A DNA stretch of 64,000 bases from Treponemataceae bacterium. GTDB taxonomy: Bacteria; Spirochaetota; Spirochaetia; Treponematales; Rectinemataceae. The notes under the pieces were generated by a model. That model was given only the letters and a program-made list of their open reading frames with translations, did no database searches and was not told where the DNA came from. Within the stretch, counting starts at the first letter, position 1. Each line of letters begins with the position of its first letter. This document shows positions 9,314-18,813 of this stretch, piece by piece. The stretch is from contig CAXXHO010000003.1 in assembly GCA_963667725.2 (NCBI GenBank), positions 576,001-640,000 of the forward strand, given 5' to 3'. The position numbers and the translations under genes are program-made.

Positions 9314-10449
9314 ATGGACGACAGGAATGGCTACATGCTCAAGGGCAAGCTGGCTCGCCGCGGTTATGACTGGTGGTGGCACTCCCTCGTGGGTGTCAGC
9401 GAAAAAACGGGCGAAAAACAGCCGTTCTTCATCGAATACTACGTCATCAACCCCGCGTTGGGCGGCACCAAAGCTCAGCTCGGCCAATTGCCCGCCAATA
9501 AGAAGAAAGGCATCCGCCCTTCCTACGCGATGGTCAAGGCGGGACGCTGGGGCAGCCCCGACGCCTCCGGCGAAAAGCATATGGCGCAGCTGCACAATTT
9601 CTACCCTATAAGCCAGTTTTCCGCCGATCCCGATAGCATGAATGTCAAAATTGGCAAACACACGGCCACGGAAACGCGACTCGTCGGCTCCGTCGGCTCA
9701 GCTCCGAGGAGGCGCTCGCCCATCCCGAGTATATGTCCGACTCGGGGGAGATGAGCTGGGACCTGAAAGCGAAGAAGATCCTTCCCTACAGCGTGGGGTT
9801 CGGCACGAGCCCCTTCTTCCGAAACATCAATGCCTTTCAGATGTACTGGCACGCGGCAGGCATGCTCACGGAGTACGAAGGCCGCATAACCTTCAACGGC
9901 GAGGAGTATCGCGTCGAGCCAGAGACCAGCGCGGGATATCAGGACAAGAACTGGGGCTGCGATTATACGAGTCCTTGGGTATGGCTCAATTGCAATAACT
10001 TCAAAAGCGGGATAACAAGAAATCGCCTAACGCGAACGAGCCTGGATGTCGGCGGCGCGCAACCTGTCGTGTTCGGCGTCTCGTTACCCAGGCGCCTTCT
10101 CGTCGCCTTCTATCATGAGGGCGAACTCCACGAGTTCAATTTCTCGAAGTTCTGGACAGGATCCACGCAGCGGTTCGACTGCCCCGTGACCGACGAGAAG
10201 GTGGAATGGAATATCGACGCCTGGACGAGGAAGGCTAAAATCGAGATCCGGTTCTCTTGCCCGCGATCGACCATGCTCAACGTGAACTACGAAAATCCCG
10301 ACGGAGACAAACGCCATAACGCCCTCTGGAACGGCGGTTTCGCCTCGGGCTACGTGAAGCTCTCCAGGAAAACGGCTTCAGGCTGGGAGGAGATCGATAC
10401 CTTCGACGGCGAATTGGGAGGCTGCGAATATGGGGAATACGATCGCTGA
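9314..10449 (+). pseudogene. Tocopherol cyclase family protein with a one-base frameshift near 9695 (pseudogene or sequence error)
   Basis: N-half GYDWWW, PFFIEYY, PSYAMVKAG; C-half YQDKNWG, WVWLNC, GGCEYGEY; joining the frames gives continuous ...GSV-x-LSSEEALAHPEYMSD. Confidence 0.75.
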
Positions 10450-10475
10450 TTCCATCCGGCAATCAGCCGGAAATG

Positions 10476-10943
10476 TTATTCGGGTTTCCTGACCGTCTCG
10501 AGAGCGCGGTCCGATACGCCGAGAATCTTATCCAGGTTCTCGGCTACCATGACGAACCCCGCGAGTTCCGATTCGGAAAGCCCCGACGCGTAGGCTTTTA
10601 CAAGTTGATAACTTCTGTCCTCGATGTCCTTGATGAGTCCCAACGCTTTCGAGGAGAGGGATAACAGGACGGCGCGCCGGTCGGCCGGATCGGAGACGCG
10701 AGCCACGAGATCCTCCACCTCCAGGTGCTGAACGAGCCGCGTGGCCGAGAAATGAGGGAGTTCGAGGACGGAAGCGACCTTGCCCACCCGCAGACCCGGA
10801 TTGCGCCTCAAGAGCTGGAGCAGGCAAATCTCCTTGTAGCCCAGGCCGAAATGAGTATAGAGGTCGCACTCGAAATGGTGGATCGCGCGAAGCGTGGCGT
10901 AGAGGGCCGCGTCGACGCGATCGCGTTCCGGAACCTTGGTCAG
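10476..10943 (-). CDS. MarR family transcriptional regulator; start uncertain (CTG 10943 proposed)
   Basis: wHTH signature ATRLVQHLE...DPADRRAVLLSLS; GGAGG 6 nt upstream of the CTG. Confidence 0.8.
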   Translation of the reverse strand: MTKVPERDRVDAALYATLRAIHHFECDLYTHFGLGYKEICLLQLLRRNPGLRVGKVASVLELPHFSATRLVQHLEVEDLVARVSDPADRRAVLLSLSSKALGLIKDIEDRSYQLVKAYASGLSESELAGFVMVAENLDKILGVSDRALETVRKPE

Positions 10944-11419
10944 ATACTGCCTCCGAGCTTGACTTGACCATGCCGAATTTTTACCACTACCTTCCTGACC
11001 TCGCTTTTTCCGCTTAGGTCGCATGAAGGCATATGGGCGTCATGCGGAAAGAAAATCGCGAAATTATCCGGCTTGAGGGGAAAAGATCCGCCCTCGCGTC
11101 CTTCATAAAAACCGATATCTTTTTCTTCGCTGAAGGATCCTGACGCGACAAGAGCATCGAGGGGCGCGTAGTAGCATCTTTCCTCGCCCCTAATGAGGAT
11201 CTGTATGTCGATATATTTTCTATGGGCTTCAAAGGCCGCCTCGGGCAGCGATTTCGTTACGTACGACATGACGTTGACGATAACATCGTCTCCGTCGATA
11301 GGGTAGCTGCCGTCAGCCAGGACAGAAATATCGTTATCGAGAAGATAATCGATGGCAAAATCGATGTTCTTAGAAATTCCTTTGTAAAGTCTCAGCTTAT
11401 CCAACTGGTCGAAGATCAT
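10940..11419 (-). CDS. YhcH/YjgK/YiaL (NanQ-like) family protein
   Basis: MIFD start, FEAHRKYIDIQ, FFPHDAHMP, RKVVVK. Confidence 0.9.
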   Translation of the reverse strand: MIFDQLDKLRLYKGISKNIDFAIDYLLDNDISVLADGSYPIDGDDVIVNVMSYVTKSLPEAAFEAHRKYIDIQILIRGEERCYYAPLDALVASGSFSEEKDIGFYEGREGGSFPLKPDNFAIFFPHDAHMPSCDLSGKSEVRKVVVKIRHGQVKLGGSI

Positions 11420-11486
11420 CGTAAACCCCATAAAGTATCAAGATAGAATGATTATACTATATTCTCCGGAATCTTTTCGCTTTTAA

Positions 11487-12197
11487 TTATTTCGTGTCGT
11501 GAATTTTCAGATAATTCCGCGTCGAAACCTGCAGATGCTCGCGCATAACTCGTTCGGCTTCGTCGCCATCGTTGTTTCGAAGTATTCCGAGCAGCTGTTT
11601 ATGGAATTCAACGCCGCTTAAGTGACCTTCGGAAGGTATCAGCGCTTCGCGGATAATCGGTTTCAGCAAGCCAGTCATGGATTGAACGAAGGTGGCCAAG
11701 ATCGGGTTCTCGGAATACTGAGCGATGAGCGTATGAAACTGCAGGTCGTAGAAAATTCGTTCCTCGGTGTTGTGCTGATTTTCTATCATCTTGACGATTG
11801 TTTCCTCGAGCGTACCGAGCTGCTCCGCGCTCAGGCGATGCTGCGCCGCGAGACGGCAGGCATAGGGCTCGAGGAGCAAGCGCATATTGAACACATGCGT
11901 GTAATCGATGCAGTCCATCTGTATCATTCGCTTGATCACATCGATGAGGTTTTGGGTGCCGGGCTTGCAGGTATAGGTGCCGCCGCCTGTGTGGGACTCG
12001 ATCAGCTGCCTTTCCTTCAGGAGCTTCAGCGCCTCGCGTATCACCGGTCTGCTCACGCCGAAGTTGAGCGCGAGATCCTTTTCGGCCGGCAGCTTCTGGC
12101 CGGATTGGGCGGCGTTCTGGATGATATAGTTTTCAATTTTCGCGGCGACATCTTCGTAGAGATTTCTCTTTTCAACCCTATAATCTATTTTATCCAT
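11487..12197 (-). CDS. GntR/FadR family regulator
   Basis: KLPAEKDLA...GVSRPVIREAL HTH; FCD domain DLQFH, MREHL. Confidence 0.92.
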   Translation of the reverse strand: MDKIDYRVEKRNLYEDVAAKIENYIIQNAAQSGQKLPAEKDLALNFGVSRPVIREALKLLKERQLIESHTGGGTYTCKPGTQNLIDVIKRMIQMDCIDYTHVFNMRLLLEPYACRLAAQHRLSAEQLGTLEETIVKMIENQHNTEERIFYDLQFHTLIAQYSENPILATFVQSMTGLLKPIIREALIPSEGHLSGVEFHKQLLGILRNNDGDEAERVMREHLQVSTRNYLKIHDTK

Positions 12198-12230
12198 TAT
12201 TAAACCTCATTTTTCCTATAGCGTACAACA

Positions 12231-13520
12231 CTACATTTTGCCAAGCAACCGCGGAACCCAAAGCACGACGTCGGGAATGTAGGTAACTACGAGCAAGACC
12301 GCGACTTCGGCGATTATCATAGGAGCGACCTCCTTTATGATAACCTTCATCTTTTCGCCGGAAATGCCGGTGACGACGAACAGGAGCATTCCGTAGGGAG
12401 GAGTGCACAGCCCGATCATCGTATTGAGCGTGAAAATCACGCCGAAGTGCACCATGTCGATGCCGAGCTGACGGGCGATGGGAACGAGAATCGGCAGGAG
12501 CACCAGCTGAAGCACGGCGGAGTCGACAAACATTCCCAATATGAAAAGTACGACATTGGTGAGGAGGAGGAAAGATACCTTCGTTGACGCGATGGAAATG
12601 ATGAGCTGGCCCGCGAGCTGCGGAAGCCTTTCCACGGAAATGATGTAGGAAAATACATAGGCCGAACCGAGGACGAGGCCGATTTGGCCCGTGGATTTTA
12701 CGGTGTCTTTCAGCACACGCAACATCTGGCGCGGACCCAGGGTCTTGTAGAACGCCACGGCGGTGATCATCGCGTAGAAACCGGCCACGGCGGCGGCTTC
12801 GGTGGCTGTCATCACTCCGGTATAGATTCCCACGAGAAGGATCACGGGCGTCAGCAGCGCGGGAAAGGCGCTGAATATCATTCCGAAAAACTGGCCGATG
12901 GTGTATTTGATACCCTTCGGATAATTACGCTTCCGCGCGATGTAAGCGACGTATACGCAGAGCGCGACGGCGAGCAGTATCCCGGGCACCATGCCGGCCA
13001 AGAAGAGACTACCGATCGATGCCCCCGCGATCACGCCGTAAATGACGAGCGGAATCGAAGGCGGAAAAATCGGCCCGATGACGGCTGAAGCCGCGGTGAT
13101 AGCGGCGCTGAAACCATCGTCGTAGCCTTCCTTGCGCATGGCTTCGATTTCCATGATACCGAGCCCCGATGCGTCGGCGACGGCCGAACCGCTCATGCCG
13201 CTGAAAATCAAGGACGCGAGCACGTTGACGTGCCCCAGGCCGCCTCTCCATCTGCCGACGAGGACATTGGCGAATCCGAAGATCTTGTCGGTGATCTTCG
13301 ATGAATTCATGAGGTTGGCGGCGAAGATGAACAGCGGGACGGCTATGAGGATAAAGTTGTTGAACATCTTGGCCGAGAAGATTTCCACCACGATGCTCAT
13401 GTCCATGCCTTTGAACAGCAGATAGGAAGTCGCGCTGATGAGCATGCCTATTCCGATCGGCATCTTGACGACGAAGGCGATCACCAGAAGCGAAAGCGCG
13501 ATGATTATCTGATAGCTCAT
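12231..13520 (-). CDS. dctM: TRAP transporter large permease
   Basis: AVPLFI, GMSGSAVAD, IFPPSIP, TPPYG. Confidence 0.93.
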   Translation of the reverse strand: MSYQIIIALSLLVIAFVVKMPIGIGMLISATSYLLFKGMDMSIVVEIFSAKMFNNFILIAVPLFIFAANLMNSSKITDKIFGFANVLVGRWRGGLGHVNVLASLIFSGMSGSAVADASGLGIMEIEAMRKEGYDDGFSAAITAASAVIGPIFPPSIPLVIYGVIAGASIGSLFLAGMVPGILLAVALCVYVAYIARKRNYPKGIKYTIGQFFGMIFSAFPALLTPVILLVGIYTGVMTATEAAAVAGFYAMITAVAFYKTLGPRQMLRVLKDTVKSTGQIGLVLGSAYVFSYIISVERLPQLAGQLIISIASTKVSFLLLTNVVLFILGMFVDSAVLQLVLLPILVPIARQLGIDMVHFGVIFTLNTMIGLCTPPYGMLLFVVTGISGEKMKVIIKEVAPMIIAEVAVLLVVTYIPDVVLWVPRLLGKM

Positions 13521-14026
13521 ACCTGTGCCTCCACGTCTCTTTTTTCTATTGGGTTCGTTTTAAGGCACTTAACGAGCCTGTAAACGCTACGGCATATAGT
13601 GATGACGACGAAGGGGACAAAAGCGAAATAGATTATGCCCAGCGGGAAATTGAATACAGCGCTGTAGCGCGTCATGTAGAATTTGTAGAAAGCGATGGTC
13701 GCAGGTATCGGAATGCAGAAGAAAACGATGGTGAGTGAATAATTGATTATGTCGAAGGCCTTCCTGACTTTAGGCGATGCCGACTCATGGGCTATGGAAA
13801 ACACGATGTGATCGTCGGTGCGGGACGCGTAGCAGGCGCCAAGCAATATCGTCCAGAGGTAGCCGAACTGCGAAAGTTCGTAGGGCCATACCAGCGGATG
13901 CCTGAATACATAGCGCGATACGATCTGCAGTATGAAGGAAAGGAATAGCGCGACGAACGCGGCTACTGGAATATATACTTCCACGATATCCAGAAACACT
14001 TGGAAAATTTTCTTGGGTTTTGCCAT
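13517..14026 (-). CDS. dctQ: TRAP transporter small permease
   Basis: Four TM helices, QIVSRY..P..W..EL motif; lies between dctP and dctM. Confidence 0.88.
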   Translation of the reverse strand: MAKPKKIFQVFLDIVEVYIPVAAFVALFLSFILQIVSRYVFRHPLVWPYELSQFGYLWTILLGACYASRTDDHIVFSIAHESASPKVRKAFDIINYSLTIVFFCIPIPATIAFYKFYMTRYSAVFNFPLGIIYFAFVPFVVITICRSVYRLVKCLKTNPIEKRDVEAQV

Positions 14027-14044
14027 TCTACGCTCCTCGAGAAG

Positions 14045-14070
14045 GGGAGAGCCGGAAACCCGGCCCTCCG
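14045..14070 (-). terminator. Hairpin after dctP (mRNA stabiliser or attenuator)
   Basis: GGAGGGCCGG-GTTT-CCGGCTCTCC on the minus strand. Confidence 0.5.
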
Positions 14071-14082
14071 TAAATGTTCAGT

Positions 14083-15087
14083 TCAGTATTCGAGATTCTT
14101 GATTTTGTTGTAGAGATCCAGGTCCCAGTCTTTGATCATCTGCTTGTTGCCCAGGTAGGCTTTTTCCGTCGCCGTCATAAAAGCCTTGACGTCGGGAGTG
14201 ATGATCTTCAGGCCTTTCGAGCGGAAGAATTCCAGATCGTTCTTTTCGCTTTCAAGGTTGGCGGCATCGTTCCATGCCGTGATTTCCTTGATCGCCTTCG
14301 TTATTATCTGGCGCTGTTCGGCCGTGAGCGACTGCCATTTTTTCTCATTGATGGCCACGCACATCGGTTCGATCACGTGACCCGTCAGGACGATGGAACT
14401 CGTGACTTCGTACCATTTCTGGGCTCTCGTCGTCGGGAGGGGGTTGTCCTGTCCATCGATGGCGCCGGTCTGGAGCCCCTGATACACTTCGGCGAAAGCC
14501 ATGGGGGTGGGGTTGGCGCCGAGGGCGCGGCCCATGAACAGCCAGGCCGCCGAATTGGGCATTCGAAGATTTACGCCCGCCAGATCGGCCGGCGTCTTGA
14601 TATCGCGCCCGATATTGCGCATGTCGAGATTCCTGGAACCGCAGTAGAGCGCAGTGAGCCATCGGACATTAAGTTTCTTGGCTACGTCCTCGGCCACCGT
14701 CTGTCCGATCGGTCCATCCATCACGGCGCGCATATGCTTCTGGTTTTTGAAGATGTATGCCGCGGTGAACATATTGAGGTAGGGAAGCTGGTTCGAAATA
14801 AGGAAAGGCGAGCTGAACATCATATCGAGCGTGCCGCGCGCCACGGCGTCCACTTCCCCTTCCTGGGTCATCAGGCTGCCGTTGTCGTGAATTTCCAGCA
14901 GTAAGCTGCCTTTGGAAGCGCTCTCCACTTTTTCCTTGAGCATATACATCGCCTTGACATAGTTTACATCGGCCGACGCTTGCGTGGAGAAAACAATTTT
15001 CGTGGGCTGATTCCCCGCGGCGAACGCGGGCATCGCCATCAACGCGGCGGCGAATACGCAGATCAGAACCTTGCTGATTTTTCTCAT
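14083..15087 (-). CDS. dctP: TRAP substrate-binding protein (DctP/SiaP-like)
   Basis: Signal peptide; LRMP, GANPTPMAFAEVY, DGQDNP. Confidence 0.93.
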   Translation of the reverse strand: MRKISKVLICVFAAALMAMPAFAAGNQPTKIVFSTQASADVNYVKAMYMLKEKVESASKGSLLLEIHDNGSLMTQEGEVDAVARGTLDMMFSSPFLISNQLPYLNMFTAAYIFKNQKHMRAVMDGPIGQTVAEDVAKKLNVRWLTALYCGSRNLDMRNIGRDIKTPADLAGVNLRMPNSAAWLFMGRALGANPTPMAFAEVYQGLQTGAIDGQDNPLPTTRAQKWYEVTSSIVLTGHVIEPMCVAINEKKWQSLTAEQRQIITKAIKEITAWNDAANLESEKNDLEFFRSKGLKIITPDVKAFMTATEKAYLGNKQMIKDWDLDLYNKIKNLEY

Positions 15088-15109
15088 AGGTAATTCCTCC
15101 CCTATTATT

Positions 15110-15892
15110 TCAGAGCCTATGGCCCTGTATTTCCCTTAAAATGCCGCGGACCTTGCGAGCTCCGCTCATTATGTGCAGATAGTCCGTTCCGGCGCTGATG
15201 ACGTTGATTCCCTTGTCGTGCCAGTAGCGGAGTACTTCGGGATCGTCGCTTCCGGTCGATATGCCCACCGATTTTCCGGCTTTCTTCAATATCGCGACGG
15301 CGCGATCGATCAGATCGCTCGTGTTCGGATCGAACACCTTGTTGAGTTCGCCGATAGAGCCCGAGAGGTCGCAGGGGCCGAATATGAAGCAGTCGATCCA
15401 GGGGTTCTTCGCCATTTCCTCGAGATTGTCGACCGCGAGCTTGCTCTCGATCTGAACGCACCTGACCATGTCGAGGCTGCCTTTGCGAATGTATTCGTCG
15501 GCATCGTCGAAGCCGTAGCGTACGGCCCTCATCGGGCCAAATCCGCGGTTTCCGTTCGGAGGATAGAGCGTGCTTTTCATGGCCTTGTCGAGTTCCTCGG
15601 CGCTGTTCACGACGGGGAATATCAGTCCGGTCGGGCCCATCTCCAGGACTCTTTTCGCCAGGATCGCGTCGTTCCAGGGAATGCGGACAAGGGAGTTCAC
15701 CCCCGCCGCCTTTGCCGCGATAATATGCTCGAGAAGAATATGATAGTCGATTGCCGCATGTTCCGTATCAATCCAGATGAAGTCATAATCGGCGTATCCG
15801 CAGAGCTCGGTTATGCAGCTATCCGCGAGCGATACATGCATGCCGGCCAAAGGTTCGCGCTTTCTGAGCTGCTCTTTTAGCTGCGTCATCAA
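15110..15892 (-). CDS. HpcH/HpaI class II pyruvate aldolase
   Basis: WIDTEH, VRIP, YPPNGNRG, VQIES, FGPCDLS. Confidence 0.9.
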   Translation of the reverse strand: MMTQLKEQLRKREPLAGMHVSLADSCITELCGYADYDFIWIDTEHAAIDYHILLEHIIAAKAAGVNSLVRIPWNDAILAKRVLEMGPTGLIFPVVNSAEELDKAMKSTLYPPNGNRGFGPMRAVRYGFDDADEYIRKGSLDMVRCVQIESKLAVDNLEEMAKNPWIDCFIFGPCDLSGSIGELNKVFDPNTSDLIDRAVAILKKAGKSVGISTGSDDPEVLRYWHDKGINVISAGTDYLHIMSGARKVRGILREIQGHRL

Positions 15893-15920
15893 TAGTCTCT
15901 CCTTTCCAAACTGAGTGAAA

Positions 15921-15976
15921 AGCTGTAAAGCTGTATTACAGGTTTGATTGTAATACCCATTTTTGAATTCTGTAAA
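15921..15976 (-). promoter_or_regulatory. Candidate promoter and FadR-type operator of the aldolase-TRAP operon
   Basis: Minus strand TTTACA-18 nt-TACAAT; palindrome CTGTATTACAG at 15931-15941 just downstream. Confidence 0.4.
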
Positions 15977-16009
15977 GGGAAAATCGTAATTTTTTCGGCA
16001 GCGAACCCG

Positions 16010-16630
16010 TCAGGCTTGGTTATGAGGCAGGATTTTGGCGTACAGGAACTCAACGCAGACGATAGAAAGGCCGGCGCCCAAGGCTCCCGCTACCATTCCC
16101 CCCAGGATATCAGAAGGATAGTGCACCATCAGGTAGCAGCGGGAGAGGCCCATGAGGATGACTATTCCGAAGAAAAGCCAGCTCACTTTCCTGTTTCCCT
16201 TGAAGAAGAGGACGGTCATCGCCGCCATTGTCGCGGTGGCGTGGCCCGAGGGGAAGGAGAATCCGTCCTCGGCGGGCGAGCCGACGAAGATCCACCATTC
16301 GCGGTAGAGGGAGCCCGCCGCGTCGAGGAAGGGCCTGGAGCGGCCGATCATATCCTTCAATAGAATATTGGTCACGAGGGCGCCGAATACGACAGCGCCG
16401 AAAACGCAGGCCCCCGTTTTCCTCGTCTTCTTGAAGCCGAAGAGAACAATCCCCAGAAGAAACATGCCGGCGCCCTTTTCCGCGACCATGCTTACCGTCT
16501 CAAAGAAGCCGGTAAACCTCCCGCCGGTCATTTGGGCGAAGTCGTGAAGCGCGCGAAGAATGCCGCCATCGAAACCCGAAAACGCGTCTTTGAGCCATTG
16601 AGCGATGCCAGATCCATCCATACAATCCAT
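16010..16630 (-). CDS. PAP2 family membrane phosphatase
   Basis: KxxxxRSRP, SFPSGH, SRCYLMVHYPSD. Confidence 0.9.
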   Translation of the reverse strand: MDCMDGSGIAQWLKDAFSGFDGGILRALHDFAQMTGGRFTGFFETVSMVAEKGAGMFLLGIVLFGFKKTRKTGACVFGAVVFGALVTNILLKDMIGRSRPFLDAAGSLYREWWIFVGSPAEDGFSFPSGHATATMAAMTVLFFKGNRKVSWLFFGIVILMGLSRCYLMVHYPSDILGGMVAGALGAGLSIVCVEFLYAKILPHNQA

Positions 16631-16786
16631 CCTTTCTCGAAACCGAAATTGCGGCTTTCCGGAAGCCGGACAGAGTATGGCTCTTGCTCGGCCTCGATTT
16701 CGAGAAACGATTCGTCACCTTGGGCGATAGGAGAGGCTTTCTTGCGACACTTTTCGTGTCATCGGCGTTTCTCGCCCCGAGTTCCG

Positions 16787-17398
16787 CTATTTTTTCAGGG
16801 ATTTCCTGAAAAGCAGGAGGATTTTCGACAAAAGGAGGACGAGGGAGAAGAAGGTTACGTAGGGTTCCCGGGTGAGGGAGAAAAAGAGGACGGCGACCGA
16901 GTGCCACAGTATGGAGAGGAGCCTGGCGGTCGAGAGCGCTTTTTTGTTGTCGAAAAACTGGACGAGCATCTCGATCACGCCGAGCGCGGCGAGGGTTGTC
17001 AGCAGGATAAAATGCACGACGCGGACATCGGAGACTTCGTTATAATGGAGCAGGTTGACCGACCGTATATGCCCGCCAACTTCCTGCCCGTACAGCGGAA
17101 GGAATATGAAGGCCAACGAAAGAAGATCGAGGACGCCGAAATTCAGGCTGTACGCTTTATCCACGTTGGCGGCGTTATCGCGCTCCGCGATCGTTATAAG
17201 CTCATCCCCTGAGAGAAGGTCGTCAATGGGAACCTGAAAAACCTTGGAGATGTTCTTGAGCGCCTCTATGTTGGGGAATCCCCTGCCGCTCTCCCATTTC
17301 GACACGGCGGTCCTGGATATATTGAGTTTTTCGGCCAGTTGTTCCTGAGTCAAGCCGCTCTTTTTTCTGAAGAACTGCAGTTTTTCGTTGAATTCCAC
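16787..17398 (-). CDS. XRE-family HTH regulator with C-terminal membrane domain
   Basis: GLTQEQLAEKL...AVSKWESG..PNIE, then ~4 TM helices; GTG after a GGAGGA RBS. Confidence 0.85.
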   Translation of the reverse strand: MEFNEKLQFFRKKSGLTQEQLAEKLNISRTAVSKWESGRGFPNIEALKNISKVFQVPIDDLLSGDELITIAERDNAANVDKAYSLNFGVLDLLSLAFIFLPLYGQEVGGHIRSVNLLHYNEVSDVRVVHFILLTTLAALGVIEMLVQFFDNKKALSTARLLSILWHSVAVLFFSLTREPYVTFFSLVLLLSKILLLFRKSLKK

Positions 17399-17520
17399 GC
17401 TTCCTCCGCTCCGCGCACTCACGGACTTTCATTCTACCAAAACTATAGCGCTGGGGCGAGCCTCACTGGAATTTTTCCGGAAGAAGCCCAAGAGGAGCAC
17501 TATTGTTGAATTTTTACGAT

Positions 17521-17577
17521 TTTCCGCAGCATCCTGCGGATTTTCTTGATATTTCCGCAGCATAGTTGCGGATTTTC
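17521..17577. promoter_or_regulatory. Two tandem palindromic boxes TCCGCA-N6/7-TGCGGA; probable XRE operators
   Basis: TTTCCGCAGCATCCTGCGGATTTTC and TTTCCGCAGCATAGTTGCGGATTTTC between divergent genes. Confidence 0.65.
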
Positions 17578-17637
17578 TAGATTTTACCCATGAAAATCCC
17601 TATTGAGATCGCGCATTTTGCTGTCGATGTTTTCTCT

Positions 17638-18069
17638 ATGAAAATACTCAAGATCGCGGTGATAGCGCTGCACTTTTTTGTCGGCATGTTAGGCTTGCTG
17701 GGCGGATACGCGGCGGTATCGACGCCGGCGGGACCGTTTGGCATTTCGACGGATATCTTGCGGAATGGCCCATTCAGCGATTTCTTCATTCCCGGTTTGA
17801 CCCTCCTCATTGTGATAGGGATCGGGCAAATAGCGACGGGAATAATCGTCTGGAAAAATGCGCGATTCTCTCCCTACGTTCAGGGAGCGATGGCCGCCGT
17901 TACGCTTGGCTGGATCGTCATCCAATGCTGGGTAATGGAAGAGATAAACGCCATGCATATCACGATATTCGCTATTGGAGCGGCGCAGGGCTTGTACGCC
18001 TTGTCCGTCGTCATGAAGCGGAAGATTTTCCCCGCGAACATAATTCTGAAGATGCTAGGGAAAGCCTAA
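17638..18069 (+). CDS. Hypothetical 4-TM membrane protein
   Basis: Hydrophobic helices with an LxxxPFxDFFIPGLxL motif; divergent from the XRE gene. Confidence 0.75.
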   Translation: MKILKIAVIALHFFVGMLGLLGGYAAVSTPAGPFGISTDILRNGPFSDFFIPGLTLLIVIGIGQIATGIIVWKNARFSPYVQGAMAAVTLGWIVIQCWVMEEINAMHITIFAIGAAQGLYALSVVMKRKIFPANIILKMLGKA

Positions 18070-18075
18070 GCGAAA

Positions 18076-18669
18076 TTATTTTCTTCGAATACCCGCGTCG
18101 AGATCGTACATCAGCCTTTCGAGGCGATTTCCCGTTCCGGGATTCCTCGCGGGCATATGGAGAAGAATTTCCCGCGCTTCTTGCGGGACGCGCTCTATAG
18201 CCCAGCTGATCTCCCGATCGCCTATATCCGTATCCTCGGGATGGCTGAATTCCAGGGCGAGGGCAGCGTAGGCCGCGGGTCCGAGAATGTGCTTTGTCTG
18301 CTGGATATCTGCCAGGGGATGGGTGTAGGCGCTCGAGGCCGCGAGGCATGCCGCATTGGCGGCGGCCGATGCAGCCGGATCGCTCGATTCCCTGGCCGCG
18401 GCATAAGCTGACAGGGCGAGGGTGCGCAGTTTAGCGGTCCTGGCGCCCCCGGCGGCAAATGCCCTTATTCCCTTTATGGCTTCGCGAGGGCGCTGATCCT
18501 CGCCCGAATACGCTTCGTATACGCCCAATGCCCTCTCCGCGCAGTCCGCGACCCAGCCGCCGAGCGCTCGCAGGGAATCGAGGCTCAAGGGGAAGTATTT
18601 GGATTCGGGTGAGATGGGCGTCATTTTTCCGCTTACCTTGATGCTTTCTATAGTACCCGGCATATTCAT
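18076..18669 (-). CDS. Imm5-like putative immunity protein; start uncertain
   Basis: WxADCAERAL..E....D.RPREAI motif and Ala-rich helices. Confidence 0.7.
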   Translation of the reverse strand: MNMPGTIESIKVSGKMTPISPESKYFPLSLDSLRALGGWVADCAERALGVYEAYSGEDQRPREAIKGIRAFAAGGARTAKLRTLALSAYAAARESSDPAASAAANAACLAASSAYTHPLADIQQTKHILGPAAYAALALEFSHPEDTDIGDREISWAIERVPQEAREILLHMPARNPGTGNRLERLMYDLDAGIRRK

Positions 18670-18737
18670 TCACTTCAACATCTTGGGCGAGCGGGACGCG
18701 AAGCGCGTGCGGAACTTCCTTTTTTCAATAATTACTA

Positions 18738-18789
18738 TTGACAGTCAAGCTAATAAGTATTACTGTGTAGTGGTAGTCAGTGATACTGA
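18738..18789 (+). promoter_or_regulatory. Sigma70 promoter with a downstream palindrome (PadR operator candidate)
   Basis: TTGACA-17 nt-TACTGT; TCAGT-GAT-ACTGA dyad at 18777-18789. Confidence 0.6.
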
Positions 18790-18813
18790 ATATACGTCAT
18801 ACCGAATAGCGAG

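Noticed and set aside
17521..17577. Mini-CRISPR or attC
   Set aside because: Only two copies with a 5-6 nt gap and no AAC/GTT cores; fits operators.
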